Source: Thecamonas trahens ATCC 50062 (lineage: Eukaryota; Protista; Apusomonadida). Taken from it: 64,000 nucleotides of DNA. A model generated the notes under the pieces. The model was not told where the DNA came from. It did not search any database and worked only from the letters and a program-made list of their open reading frames with translations. A program made the position numbers and the translations under genes. Location of the stretch: assembly GCF_000142905.1 (NCBI RefSeq), contig NW_013657667.1, positions 316,801-380,800 on the forward strand, in the 5' to 3' direction. This document shows, in pieces, positions 11,683 through 23,097 of the stretch (position 1 is the first letter of the stretch; each line of letters begins with the position of its first letter).

Positions 11683-12927
11683 TCAATACTGATACGGCTC
11701 AACAGGGTACTCGATGACCTTGCGCTTCGACTTGGACTTTGTCTTGCTCTTGTCCTTGCTCTTGACCCTGTCCTTGTCATTGTCCTTGTCCTTCGACTTG
11801 GTCTTGGACCTCGCCTTGGACCTGGCCTTGGCCTTGGCCTTGATCTTATCCTTGGACTTGGCCTTGGCCTTGATCTTATCCTTAGACTTGCGACGAACGA
11901 GTTGATTGTTGTCGGCAGTGCCGGGAGGAGCTGACGAGGTCTCAGCGTCGGCTACGAGCGCGGGCGGCGGCGACGGAGCCAATGGCGCGTCATTGGGATC
12001 GAGAATGGTGGCCTCGCGCCAGGCGAGCTTGAGGCCAGTCAATCGCTTGGACGAGTTGACGGCCATACCGACGTACAGCTCGCCCCAAAGTGCTCGTAGA
12101 CCCGGCGGGCGACCTTGGACCACAGCGATTTAGAGGTGTGCTTAGAGACACCGTGCAGGTAGCCGGCGGCGCCCGGAGCGCGCGAGAGGACCTCGGCGAC
12201 ACCGGCCACAAACCTGAACGCAGTCTCAAAGTCCCCAGCAACACCACCGCATCCAACATCACGATCATGGCACTGGCAGAGGCCCTTGCGCATGATGACT
12301 CTGTGAAACGAATGCGTCTCGAACGGGAGCGCGCGCTGGTTGTCGACCTTGCGCAGCACAATGGTGTTCGGCACACCAGCAGCAAGCTCAGCATCGCTCG
12401 GCAGCACCTCGCGCTTCTCTATTCCAGCCTCGTCGTCACCTAAGATGGCATCCAGGTTTGGATCGTCACGCGAGACCTGCGCCAGCTGCCGCCCATCGAT
12501 CCGCGACGAGTACCGCAGGTCCGCCTGGACAATAGAGAGACCGCGCGGAAGAAAAAGTCGACCGCAGCCCCCTTGCGCTTCTTCTCGGGGCCGAACGAGC
12601 CGTACGAGATGAGCAGGACCCGTACGTGGTCCAGCGTCTCGCCCATCGACCTCTGCTGGTAGTTGACTGTGGGTCATGCCGTGCCCGTGCCCGCCACCAA
12701 GCCCATACCCGTGCCCGTGCCCGCCACCAAGCCCATGCCCGACACAACGCCCGTGCCCGTTACCGTCATGGCCGTCGCCATCGCATGCTTCCATATGAGT
12801 ACCACCGTCTATGACCCCTCCCTCCCTCCTTCCCTCCCTCCCTCCCTCGTCCCTCCTCCCACCTTGGCGTACTGTTGGCGAAGAACTCCTTGTACTCAGT
12901 CTTGGACAGCACGCCATACCCCCTCAT
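11683..12927 (-). CDS. Multi-exon hypothetical protein (weak methyltransferase-like segment, Lys/Ser-rich C-terminus); structure uncertain and the 5' exons may lie beyond the microsatellite
   Basis: High-GC3 blocks in three frames; GTACGC donor at 12872; apparent frameshifts at 12552-12556 and 12083-12086; LPFETHSFHRV resembles a class I SAM-MTase motif. Confidence 0.4.
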
Positions 12928-13244
12928 GGTCCACTCACTCGCCTGCTCCACTCTTAGGGAGAGGCGAGTCGAGTACCCTCCCCCTCCCCTTCCCCTTCCC
13001 CTGCTTGGCCTTGAACTAGGAACATCAGCACAGGTCGTGCAGCCGCCACCAGCTGGCACATCAGCCACAGAGACAGGCCCATGCCCAAGCCCATCACTCC
13101 AGACACACACACACACCCTTTCCCCCCCCTCCCCAAAGACGCCCAAACAGTCATCAAAGGGCCGCTCTCCATATCCATCATCTCTCTCGCTCTCTCTCTT
13201 TCTCTTCCCTATCCCTCCACGATGCCTCAAAACCACAACTGTAG

Positions 13245-13798
13245 ACATCGCCATCACCATCACCACTGCCATCACCATCACCATCACCACTGCCATCACC
13301 ATCACCATCACCACTGCCATCACCATCACCATCACCACTGCCATCACCATCACCATCACCACTGCCATCACCATTACCACCATCACCATCACCACCACCA
13401 CTGCCATCACCATCACCATCACCATCACCACCATCATCACCATCACCATCACCACCATCATCACCATCACCATCACCATCACCATCACCATCACCATCAC
13501 CATCACCATCACCATCAATAACCATCACCATCACCATCACCATCACCATCACCATCACCATCACCATCAATAACCATCACCATCACCATCACGATCACGA
13601 TCACCATCACCATCGCCATCAATAACCATCAGAGCACCATCACCATCACCATCACCATCAGCATCACCATCGATAACCATCACCCTCACCATCGCCATCA
13701 CCATCACCATCAGCAGCGCCATCGCCATCACCATCGCATCAGCATCGCCATCGGCATGGCATGACCATCACCATCACATGACCATCACCGTCACCATT
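13245..13798. repeat. (CACCAT)n microsatellite, about 550 bp, degenerating at the edges
   Basis: Read directly; produces spurious poly-His, poly-IT and poly-VM ORFs. Confidence 0.97.
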
Positions 13799-13869
13799 AG
13801 CAGTGAACAGAAGAAAACGATGGCCAGGCCGATTGCCCTCGGCCACCGCGAGAACAGCCGAGTGGAATC

Positions 13870-13969
13870 NNNNNNNNNNNNNNNNNNNNNNNNNNNNNNN
13901 NNNNNNNNNNNNNNNNNNNNNNNNNNNNNNNNNNNNNNNNNNNNNNNNNNNNNNNNNNNNNNNNNNNNN
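13870..13969. other. Assembly gap (100 N)
   Basis: N run. Confidence 1.
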
Positions 13970-14005
13970 CACACACCACACACACACACCTCCATCTCTT
14001 ACATT

Positions 14006-17000
14006 ATGGCGGGTACCGGGTTGGAGGACCTGCAGTACCTCTCGCTGGTCTCCAAGCTCTGCTCAGAATTGGAGCGCCACTTGGGCTTTGGCGAGAAGCC
14101 CATGGCTGAGCTCGTCATCCATGTCGCTCGTGATGCTGCTAGCAAGGAAGCCTTTGCTGCTGCCCTGGCTGGTCAAGGTGCAGACTTTCCACAAACGCTC
14201 GTCAACTCGCTCTATGCTCTTATTGTCCGTATGCTCCCGCCCTCACGCCTCACGCCCGCCCTCCGCGCTGCCCGGGCTGCACTGCTCGGTCCGCAGGCCG
14301 CTCCTACGCCGCAGCCCAAACTGGTAACCACAGCGATGACCGCGCCGCCTCACTCCAAGTCGCCCTCGCTTGCCCCGTTGGCTGGAGCAGAATCGACGGC
14401 TACAGCTGCCGGCGAAGAAGGCGGTGGTCGCCGCCGCCGTAAGAGACGCAAGCGCCGTCGCGATCCGTCGCCCGATGCTGGCCGCCCGGCTCCGCCTACC
14501 CGCGCCCCTGCAGCTCCGCAGCAGCAACCGTTGCAGTCGTCGCCACAGCAGCCGTTGCAATCCTACCCGCCGCAGCAGCCGTTGCAATCCTACCCGCCCC
14601 GCGGCCAACCGCAGCAGCCGCCCCACGGTGGCCCGCCGCCGCCCCACGGTGGCCCGCCGCCGCCCCACGGTGGCCCGCCGCCGCCCCGCGGCCCGCCGCC
14701 GCCCCGCGGCCCGCCGCCGCCCCGTGGCCCGCCGCCCCGTGGCATGCATCCAGAACGGGCACGGATGCTGGCGCGGGCGCCGCCGCCAACCGCTACTCCG
14801 CAAGATGCCGGCGTGGTGGTCGGCAAGCTGTATCGTGGTCGGGTGGCGTCGACCAAGCCATACGGCGCCTTTGTGACGCTGCAAGGCGTGTCGCCGCCGA
14901 TGGACGGCCTCATGCACCTGTCCGAAATGACTCTGGCGCGCGGACAGACTCCCGCTGACGCTCTGGCGCGCGGCGAGGAGCTCTGGGTCAAGGTCATCCG
15001 CGTCGAGGGCACCAAGATCTCACTCACCTCGCGTGACATCGATCAGGTGAGCGGAACAGATTTGGTGGCGGCCGGTCCGTCGCGCGCGACGTTTGGTTCA
15101 CGGGCAGGGCCCGGCGCACCGCGCGGCTTGCCCCGATCCGACACCGCCAGCTCGGCGCCGACCAAGAAGCAGCAGCGGATCTCGTCGCCGGAGCGCTGGG
15201 AGCTGCTGCAGCTGTACAAGGCCGGAGTTATTTCGGCCAAGGACGTGCCTGGATTTGATCCGGAGCGTGGTGTGACCTCGCTTGTCGACGAGGAGATCGA
15301 AGAGTATGAAGTGGTAGTCCGGTCGGACCGCCCCACTTTCCTGCAGGACCAGCAGACAATGGCGGCGTCGCTCTCGCCGGTGGCGGTGGTCAAGGTTCCG
15401 GACGGTTCGCTCAACTCGGCGGCACAGCTGGCGTCGGCCCTCGCCAAGGAGCGGGCGCAACTGCGCGAACAGAAGCGGCTCGAAACAGCAGCCGAACAAG
15501 TACCGGACGACCTCGCCCAGCCGTGGCACGACCCCATGTCGAGCTCGTCGCGGCTTCTCGCCGGGCAGGTTCGCAACATGGCGCTCGGCCTCAATGCCGA
15601 CGAGGAGGAAGAGCCCGAGTGGAACTCCAAGTCGACGTCGTACGGCAAGCGGACGTCGGCGTCACTGATCGAACAGCGTGAGTCGCTGCCCATCTTTGCC
15701 TACAAGGACGCACTCCGCGATGCTATCGCTTCGAACAACGTGCTGGTGGTCATCGGTGAGACCGGATCCGGCAAAACGACCCAGCTCCCACAGTACCTGG
15801 ACGAGTTTGGCTACACCTCGCGCGGAACTGTGGTCTGCACCCAGCCGCGACGCGTGGCGGCTATGTCGGTCTCGGAGCGTGTGGCCGAAGAGGTGGGAAC
15901 CCGGTTGGGCGACTACGTCGGCTACCGCATCCGGTTCGACAACTGCACGTCGCCGGCGACAAGGCTCGTGTATGCCACCGCGGGTCTTCTTCTCCGTGAG
16001 ATCCTGGCCGACCCAGACCTCACCAACTACTCGGTCGTCATTCTCGACGAAGCCCACGAGCGGACTGTCAACACCGACGTCCTGCTCGGCCTGCTCAAGG
16101 AGCTTGTCGTCCGGCGGCCGGACCTCAAGCTCATTGTCACGTCGGCGACGCTCAACGCCGACAAGTTTTCAGCTTTCTTCAACAACTGTGCTGTCTTCCG
16201 CATTCCCGGCCGCACCCACCCGGTCGAGATCCTCTACGCGCGCGAGCCCGAGACCGACTACCTCGATGCGGCGCTGCTGACCGTCATGCAGGTCCATCTG
16301 ACAGAGCCCGCCGGCGACATTCTGGTCTTCCTCACCGGCCGCGACGAGATCGAAACCGCGTGCGAGGTGCTGACCCAGCGGATGAAGGCCCTCGGGCCCA
16401 AGGTTCCGCGCATGATTGTGCTCCCGCTCTACTCGGCGCTGCCGAACCAAGTCCAGTCTCGAGTCTTTGAGCCGCCGCCACCCGGCGCGCGCAAGGTCGT
16501 TGTCGCCACCAACGTAGCCGAGACCTCGATCACCATCGACGGCATCAAGTTTGTCGTCGACTCTGGCTTTGAAAAGGTCAACGTCTTTGACGCCCAGGCC
16601 GGCTCCGACTCTCTCCAGGTGGTGCCGATCTCGCAGGCCGCTGCCAACCAGCGCGCAGGCCGTGCCGGGCGGACCGGGCCCGGACGCTGCTTCCGGCTCT
16701 ACACTGAGGAAGCTTACCTCAACGAGATGCTGCCGTCGCCGGTGCCGGAGTTGCAGCGGTGCAACCTGTCGTCGACAGTGCTGCAGCTCAAGGCGATGGG
16801 CCTCTCGGACCTGCTCTCGTTCCCGTTCATCGACGCGCCGCCGGCGTCAGCGCTCGTCGCCGCCCTGCAGACCCTTTTCAACCTCGGTGCACTCGACGAG
16901 GAGGGCCTCCTCACCCGGCGCGGGCGGCTGATGGCCGAGCTCCCGCTCGACCCGCGTCTCGCCCGCGCCCTGCTCGCCGCCGTCGAGTTTGGCTGTGCCA

Positions 17001-17664
17001 CCGAAATGCTCACCGTCGCCGGCATGCTTGGCGAGCAAGTCTTCTACCGGCCGCGCGACAAGGCCAACGAGGCTGACGAAGCCAAGTCACGGTTCCACGA
17101 CTCGTCCGGCGACCATGTCACCTTGCTTAATGTCTTTGAGTCGTGGGAGAACAACGGGCGGAAAAACGCTTGGGCGCATGCGAACTACATCCAGGCACGC
17201 GCCCTCCGCCGCGCCGCAGACGTCCGCTCGCAGCTCCACGCCATCATGGTCCGGCTTGGGCTCGACGTCACCTCGGCCGCCGGCCGTGACACCAACCGCA
17301 TCGTCAAGGCTATCCTCACTGGTTTTTCAACAACGTGGCCAAGCGGACCGACGAGGGCTACAAATCGCTTGTCGACGACCAGCAGCTCTACCTCCACCCA
17401 TCGTCGGCTCTCTTTCAAAACCCGTCCGAGTACGTCCTCTACAACACCATCCTCGAGACCTCACGCATGTGGGTCCTTACCGTCTCAGCCATCGAGCCGC
17501 GCTGGCTCGTCGAGGCCGCGCCGGCGGTCTTCTCGCGCGCAGACGCTCGCAACTTGTCCAAGGCCAAGCGCCAGGAGCGCATCGTCCCGCTCTACGACAA
17601 GTACGCCGAGAAGGAGGGCGGCGAGGGCTGGTGGCGCATCTCGCGCCAGAAGCGCCGTCGCTGA
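14006..17664 (+). CDS. DHX8: Spliceosomal DEAH-box helicase Prp22/DHX8; frameshift at 17323-17327
   Basis: N-terminal YLSLVSKLCSELERHLG, S1 domain, ISSPERWE, GETGSGKTTQ, DEAH, SAT, QRAGRAGR; the C-terminus (LYLHPSSALFQ, IVPLYDKY, WRISRQ) is in the shifted frame. Confidence 0.96.
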
Positions 17665-17674
17665 TGGTGCAGCT

Positions 17675-18456
17675 TTAACCCTTGACGGTACGGTCGTTCG
17701 GACGCGTTGTCGCGCGTCTCAAAGTGAACAACTCGATGATACTTGACATCCAGGTCACCGGCCGACACTGCGCGACGCCTGCTTGGCCTGCGGCTCGAGG
17801 TGGGAGGCGCGCCTGCACGTGATGGCGGCCGACACGTAGACGCCTGCCTGAAGGATGCTCGAGTTGCCGTCGCGGTGACGATCCCGACGACCGGAGGGAG
17901 AGCATGCCAGAGTTGAACACAGCGGCCGGACAGGAGAGCGGGAGGACGTTGTGGATCTTCTTGCGACGGACGAGCTTGCCGGTCGGCGTGGCTGCTTAAG
18001 TGGTGGCACGCCATCCTGTACTGGATTCTGGACGCCGCGCTCATCAACGCGTACGCGCTCTGTGCCAACGCGAGCCCGCGCCCCGCCATGACTCGCGTGG
18101 CTATCATCGACGCCCTCTTGCCGCCAGCACCGACGCCGTCAGCTCCGCGCCGTCGCTCAAGCGGAAGCGTCCCCCTGAAGCGGCCGCTCGTCAGCACCGC
18201 TTTCCCCAACAAGCCGCTCTGCGACGCGGCTGCCTCGCCTGCCGGAAGCTTCATGGCAACCGATCGCGGCCGCGGACCTTTTGCGCTGCGTGCGGCGTCC
18301 ATCTCTGCATCGCCGACTGTTTTCTATTGTGGCAGCCAATAACACATTGTACTACTCTTTTACAACAATCCATGGACGTTGCGACGTCTGTGGAGCGTCG
18401 CGGAGCGCGGCTTGCGCGATGGACATCTTTGTCCATTCCGTATCGGAAAGCGTTAA
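17675..18456 (+). mobile_element. Degenerate, internally deleted piggyBac transposon
   Basis: TTAA at 17675-17678 and 18453-18456; 15-bp imperfect TIRs (CCCTTGACGGTACGG versus revcomp CGCTTTCCGATACGG, 11/15); transposase remnants KWWHAILYWILDAALINAYAL and Cys-rich domain CLAC...RTFCAACGVHLCIADCFLLW in different frames. Confidence 0.88.
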
Positions 18457-18468
18457 ACTCATGGCTCC

Positions 18469-20001
18469 TCATTCGACCTTGGGCAGCTCGAGGCCACGCT
18501 CAAGAACCTGCTTGCGGAGCACCTCGACGTCGGCCGCCATGGCCGATGTAGCGGCCACCAGCTCGGCCAGCACCATCGCCTGCGCGCGCACATCGCGGTA
18601 CACCTGGTTGACCTTGGAGGTCGCCAGCGGCTCAGCGAGGCCGATCTCCTCCAGAAAACTGTTGACCTGGGTGACGGTCTGCGACGGCACGCTGCTTGGC
18701 GACCAGTTGGTCGTCGCCTTGATCATCCGCGACCGCAGAACCACGCTGTGTCGCGGGAACGGCTCCTCGGTCGCTGCAATGCCCGACATCCGCGTCAGCA
18801 CCTTGCCCAGCAGCCGCTGCGTCGCCCGCGACGACTTGGGTCGCGAAAACTCGAGAACCCGCTTGGTGGCGTCAATCGACTCGGTGAGCGTCAGCGCCCG
18901 CTTGGCCTTCTTGGCCGCCGGTACCTCGCCATCGTCACCAAGCGCCATCGCAGCAGCAGTCGCAGCTGTGCTCGCCTCGGACGCAGCCGAGGTGGCGCTA
19001 GCTGTGGCAGGCGCTGCCTCGGCCGCCGACGACGAGCTGGCGGCAGGAGCAGCCTCGGCACCGGCCTCGGCCGCCGGCGCGGCGCGGAGCGCCTCCAGAT
19101 GCTCCAACAGCTTGGCACGAAAGGCTTCGCGCGCCTTGCGGGCAGCAACCCGCTTCAGCGCCGAGTTGCGCGAGCTCGACGCCTTGCCCTCGGGCGTCGC
19201 CGACGACGCCGACGCCGACGCGCGGCCGGGCTTGGGCTTGGCGAGGCCGTACTCGACAAGCTTGCGGCGGAGAAAGGCCTGCTCGTTGGTGATCTTGTTC
19301 GATGCAAAGTACACAGCATTAGCTTGGGACTTGCGCTTCTCCTCGTACTCACGGTTGAACGGCTTGTCGATAATGGGCACCTTGGAAGCGAGGGCGAGGG
19401 CCGAGGTCGAGCCGCGCTGAGCCAAGACCGAGCAGTAGGCGGCGGCGATGTTGCGGGCGACGGTATAGTACCGGTCCTTGATCTCCTCCAGTGACTTTTC
19501 GTAGGGAAAGCGGTCAGCAACTACGTGCCAGCGACAACCGTAGCGCTTGGCCATGGCAATGAGCTCGTCGGTCATGGGCTTTGTCCACGAGTCCGAGGGG
19601 CAGAACCGGTCGTACTCATCGTCGGTATACTGCACCACCTCTGCCGTCTTTGCGCAAATCTCAGCAAAGATGTAGTCGTCCCGCACCGCAGCCTCCTTCT
19701 CCCAGTGCGCCAATTCCAGGCCATCACTCCGCGCCGACGACGTGAACTTGCGCCACACCCACTTGGGCACCCGCAGCGTGTCGCTTCCGGCTCCGCCCGC
19801 AAGCGTTACCTCCATGGGTGCGCCCACACGCGAGTCGTGCGCTCCCAGTGCCAGGCCTGCCACTTCGGACTCTACGCCACCTCCGTCGGCATCTGCATGT
19901 GCGTGTGTGTATGGGGGGTGAGGGGGAGGGGGGGGGGAGGGGGGGGAGGGGGGGGGAAGGAGAGGGTGCGTACTGCGGCGCCTCTTTCGGCTCTTGGGCA
20001 T
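18469..20001 (-). CDS. DMAP1: DMAP1/Swc4/Eaf2 SANT-domain subunit of NuA4/SWR1; probable intron 19893-19973
   Basis: WVWRKFTSSARSDGLELAHW, YTDDEY, SWTKPMTDELIAMAKRYGCRWHVVADRF, SLEEIKDRYY; GTACGC...CAG intron spanning the C tract. Confidence 0.88.
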   Translation of the reverse strand: MPKSRKRRRSTHPLLPPPSPPSPPPPPHPPYTHAHADADGGGVESEVAGLALGAHDSRVGAPMEVTLAGGAGSDTLRVPKWVWRKFTSSARSDGLELAHWEKEAAVRDDYIFAEICAKTAEVVQYTDDEYDRFCPSDSWTKPMTDELIAMAKRYGCRWHVVADRFPYEKSLEEIKDRYYTVARNIAAAYCSVLAQRGSTSALALASKVPIIDKPFNREYEEKRKSQANAVYFASNKITNEQAFLRRKLVEYGLAKPKPGRASASASSATPEGKASSSRNSALKRVAARKAREAFRAKLLEHLEALRAAPAAEAGAEAAPAASSSSAAEAAPATASATSAASEASTAATAAAMALGDDGEVPAAKKAKRALTLTESIDATKRVLEFSRPKSSRATQRLLGKVLTRMSGIAATEEPFPRHSVVLRSRMIKATTNWSPSSVPSQTVTQVNSFLEEIGLAEPLATSKVNQVYRDVRAQAMVLAELVAATSAMAADVEVLRKQVLERGLELPKVE

Positions 20002-20065
20002 GCTGTGTGAGAGATGTGGGGATAGAGTGGGGTGGGGTGGGGATAGAGTGGGGTGGGGTGGGGGG

Positions 20066-20165
20066 NNNNNNNNNNNNNNNNNNNNNNNNNNNNNNNNNNN
20101 NNNNNNNNNNNNNNNNNNNNNNNNNNNNNNNNNNNNNNNNNNNNNNNNNNNNNNNNNNNNNNNNN
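20066..20165. other. Assembly gap (100 N)
   Basis: N run. Confidence 1.
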
Positions 20166-20461
20166 GTGCCGTGGGGACGGCGCGAGGACTCTCGCATCAA
20201 CCCCCGGCAACTAGATTCTTCATTTCGTTTAGGTGTCTCCGCTCCAAGTGGCGATGTTCCACAAACACCCCCCTCCAACCCACAGCAGCTGATAATTCCG
20301 TGCTCTCTTCGCATAAGCATCACCCTAATCCAGGTCCGACGTCCGCCGCAGCAAACGCGGAAACGGGTCCTCAGATCGAGGTCTTTAGACGTTTTAACCG
20401 CCTCAAGACTGTATGGCTGAAGTGACGGCTACTGTCGATGACGGGGAGTGGGAGAGAGGAA

Positions 20462-20612
20462 GAGAGAGAGGAGTAAGTCTTGTTGACGGTTGAGAGAGAG
20501 GAGTAAGTCTTGTTGACGGTTGAGGGTACCTTGGTTGGGGTGGTGGGCGGTGGTCGCCGGGCGGTGGTCGCCGGGCGGTGGTCGCCGGGCGGTGGGTGGT
20601 CGCCGGGCGGTG
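20462..20612. repeat. 30-bp direct duplication (GAGAGAGAGGAGTAAGTCTTGTTGACGGTT x2) followed by about 4 copies of GGTCGCCGGGCGGT
   Basis: Read directly. Confidence 0.9.
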
Positions 20613-20623
20613 GTGGTGGATGG

Positions 20624-22955
20624 CTAGAACTGGGAAGGCGGTCCCGATCTGGCACCACTCTGCTGTCGGGCATAGAAGAGCGCCTCGATCGAGTAACCAA
20701 CATCGGCAAGTGCAGGTCCCGGGCCGGTTGGGCTGAGACGAAGTGATGACGCCGGGGTACGGCCACGGGCAGGCTCGCGACCGAGGTTTGCGGCGCCAGG
20801 GTGGCCGTCGGCACTGTCAAACTGCGACCGGTTTCCTCGGTGCAATGACGAGCCGCGCCATGCCGGCGGAGGGGTGGCATCGCGGGACGGCGAGCGGGTG
20901 GGAAAGCCAATATCAACGCCTCGCGGCCGGGGCTCGAACGACGGGCTCGCAGGCGGAGGCGCAAACGTGAGCGGATTGCGCAAAGTCGACGACTCTCGTT
21001 GCGGCAGGACAGCCGCTGGAGACCGGTAGACAGGCGCGGGCTCAAGTGCAGCAGGCGACTCTCGCGGCGGCAAGGCCATCACCGGAGACTGATAGACCGG
21101 CTCGGGCTCGGGCGTTGTGTCAAAGATGCTTGTTCGCGCTGCAAACGGTGAGCTGCTGGTATGGCGTCGGTCTACGCTACGCGGCTCCACTTCGGGCCGT
21201 TCAAACTCACGGCGTGGTTGCTGAGATCGGCGTGGCTCAGCAGGCCAGGCACGGTCGGGCGCTCGCCGCTGGGAAAAGGCGCCATCACGCGATGCCGATG
21301 CTGCAGCGCGCGAGTGCCGCAGAGGCTGGTCCGCCGCTGACCGCAACAGCGAAGAGCGCGGCCGGTCGCCTCCGTCAAACCCAAAGGCCGGCGATCGTGA
21401 CTCGGCCGCGACAGACGGCTCGTAGTAGTACTCGTAGTCAAAGTCATCTCCAGGAACGGTGCGATCACGCGCCGCTGCCTCCTCCTGCTCAGCCAGCTTG
21501 GCAAGGGCGTCATCAAAGCCTTGCTCGTAGCCGCGTTTGTAGGCCGCCTCAATCTCTTCGCCCGAGGCCGCAACAAGCTGAGGCGGAGCCGCGGTCTCGG
21601 GCTCTGTCATCACCACTACTTGCTGTACCACGGGTGACGGCTCGGGCGACGGCTCGGGCGACGGCTCGGGTGATGGCTCGGGTGATGGCTCGGGTGATGG
21701 CTCGGGCGACGGCTGGGGTGACGACTCAAGGTCCACACTCACTTGCTTGGCGCTCAGCGCCGATGCGCTGGTCGAGTCAAAGGCACCAAAGTCGATCGAG
21801 GACTCTGAGCCAGATCCGCCGCCTCCTAAACCAGCAGCAGCGAAATCGGCCGATGATGCAGTGCCGGTGGCGGTGTCGGTGGCAAAGGCGCCAAAGTCAA
21901 TGTCCGACGATGAAGACTTGTGTAGCTGCTGGTCGCTGCTGCCGCCATCACCATCCTCGGTCGACTCAAAGTTAAAGTCAAACTCGGACGAGTCGTCGCC
22001 GTCGTCTCCGCTTTCCGGTGGATCGGTTGCAGTGTCCGGCGCGGCCGCGTTCTCGGTCTCGGACGTGGAGGCCATCAGCGCCTCGAGCTCGGATCCAAAC
22101 GAGTCATCCTCGGCTGCATCCTCAAACTCGCCCTCGCCCAACTCGTAAGCCAACAACTCGCCCTCGTCCTCGCCAAACATGTCAAACTCGGCCTCATCGT
22201 ACAGCTCGCCCTGGCCCAGCTCGCCTTCACCGATCATGTCCAGGAACTCGCCCTCGCCAAGCTCGCCTTCGCCGTCTTCAAACGCCCACTCCACCTCTTC
22301 CTCGCCGAGCTCGCCTTCGCCGTCTTCAAACGCCCACTCCACCTCGCCTTCGCCCACAAGCGCATCGTCCAGCGCTTCGGCATCGTCATACTCGTAAATG
22401 ACATCTTCGGCTTCACTGGCATTGACACCGTCAAACTCGTCAAACTCGCCGAGCTCGTCGACGTACACGATCTCCGGCTCGCCCTCGCCAAACTCGGCAT
22501 CATCCAGCAGCAGAAGCTCCTCCATCTCACCCTCGCCCTCTTCGTCGTCATAGACATAGTCAGATGAGGTCGTCGTCGTCATCTCGCCAGCAAGCCATGC
22601 CGGCTTTGCGCCGCTGGCCTTGGCGCTGTCCTCAACAACCTTGACATAGTTGGACGGGATGAGGCCCCACCTCGGCCCGATGTGGCCCATCCACCACTCA
22701 CCGTCCATCGTAGAGACCTGCAGCCGCTGTCCGCGCTTGAAGCCCAGCTGCTTCTGAGGCTATCCAGTCGCCATGCCGCCGTCGTCGCCCGGTTGTCGTG
22801 CCCAGGTGAGTCGCCGCCAGCCCGCCCGCCTCAGCCCCGCGCCCACTCCCAACGGCCACCCAGCCGCCACCTGCTGCTGTCCCACATGCCCGACCACCTA
22901 CCGCAGCCGGATTGGCCTCAAAGTCATACAGCGCCTCCACCGTCGTCCGCGGCAT
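20624..22955 (-). CDS. N-terminal SH3-domain protein with long acidic and Pro-rich regions, 2 exons (22955-22902, 22759-20624)
   Basis: Spliced SH3: MPRTTVEALYDFEANPAA|PQKQLGFKRGQRLQVSTMDGEWWMGHIGPRWGLIPSNYV; GTAGGT...TAG intron 22760-22901 with GACTCAC; EGEGELGE and (PEPS)n repeats. Confidence 0.82.
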
Positions 22956-23097
22956 GGGCCCTGGTTCTCCGCTTCTGGCTAGTGCTGTCGGGGAAGTGAG
23001 GTGCAGTCGTTGTCGGTTGTATGGCGTGACGAGCTGTGGCCAGGTGGGCATGTTTGAACAGATGCTGGGCTCTATCACCTTCGTGTGCAAGGGCGGA

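Noticed and set aside
12766-13573. Poly-His, poly-(IT), poly-(VM) and poly-(DG) ORFs
   Set aside because: Translations of the (CACCAT)n microsatellite in several frames
17318-17332. Programmed -1 ribosomal frameshift in Prp22
   Set aside because: No in-frame X XXY YYZ heptamer, and similar breaks occur at C and G runs elsewhere
20166-20440. Possible structured ncRNA (telomerase-like CCCTAA, snRNA or U3)
   Set aside because: No extended template, Sm site or recognisable box set could be found by eye
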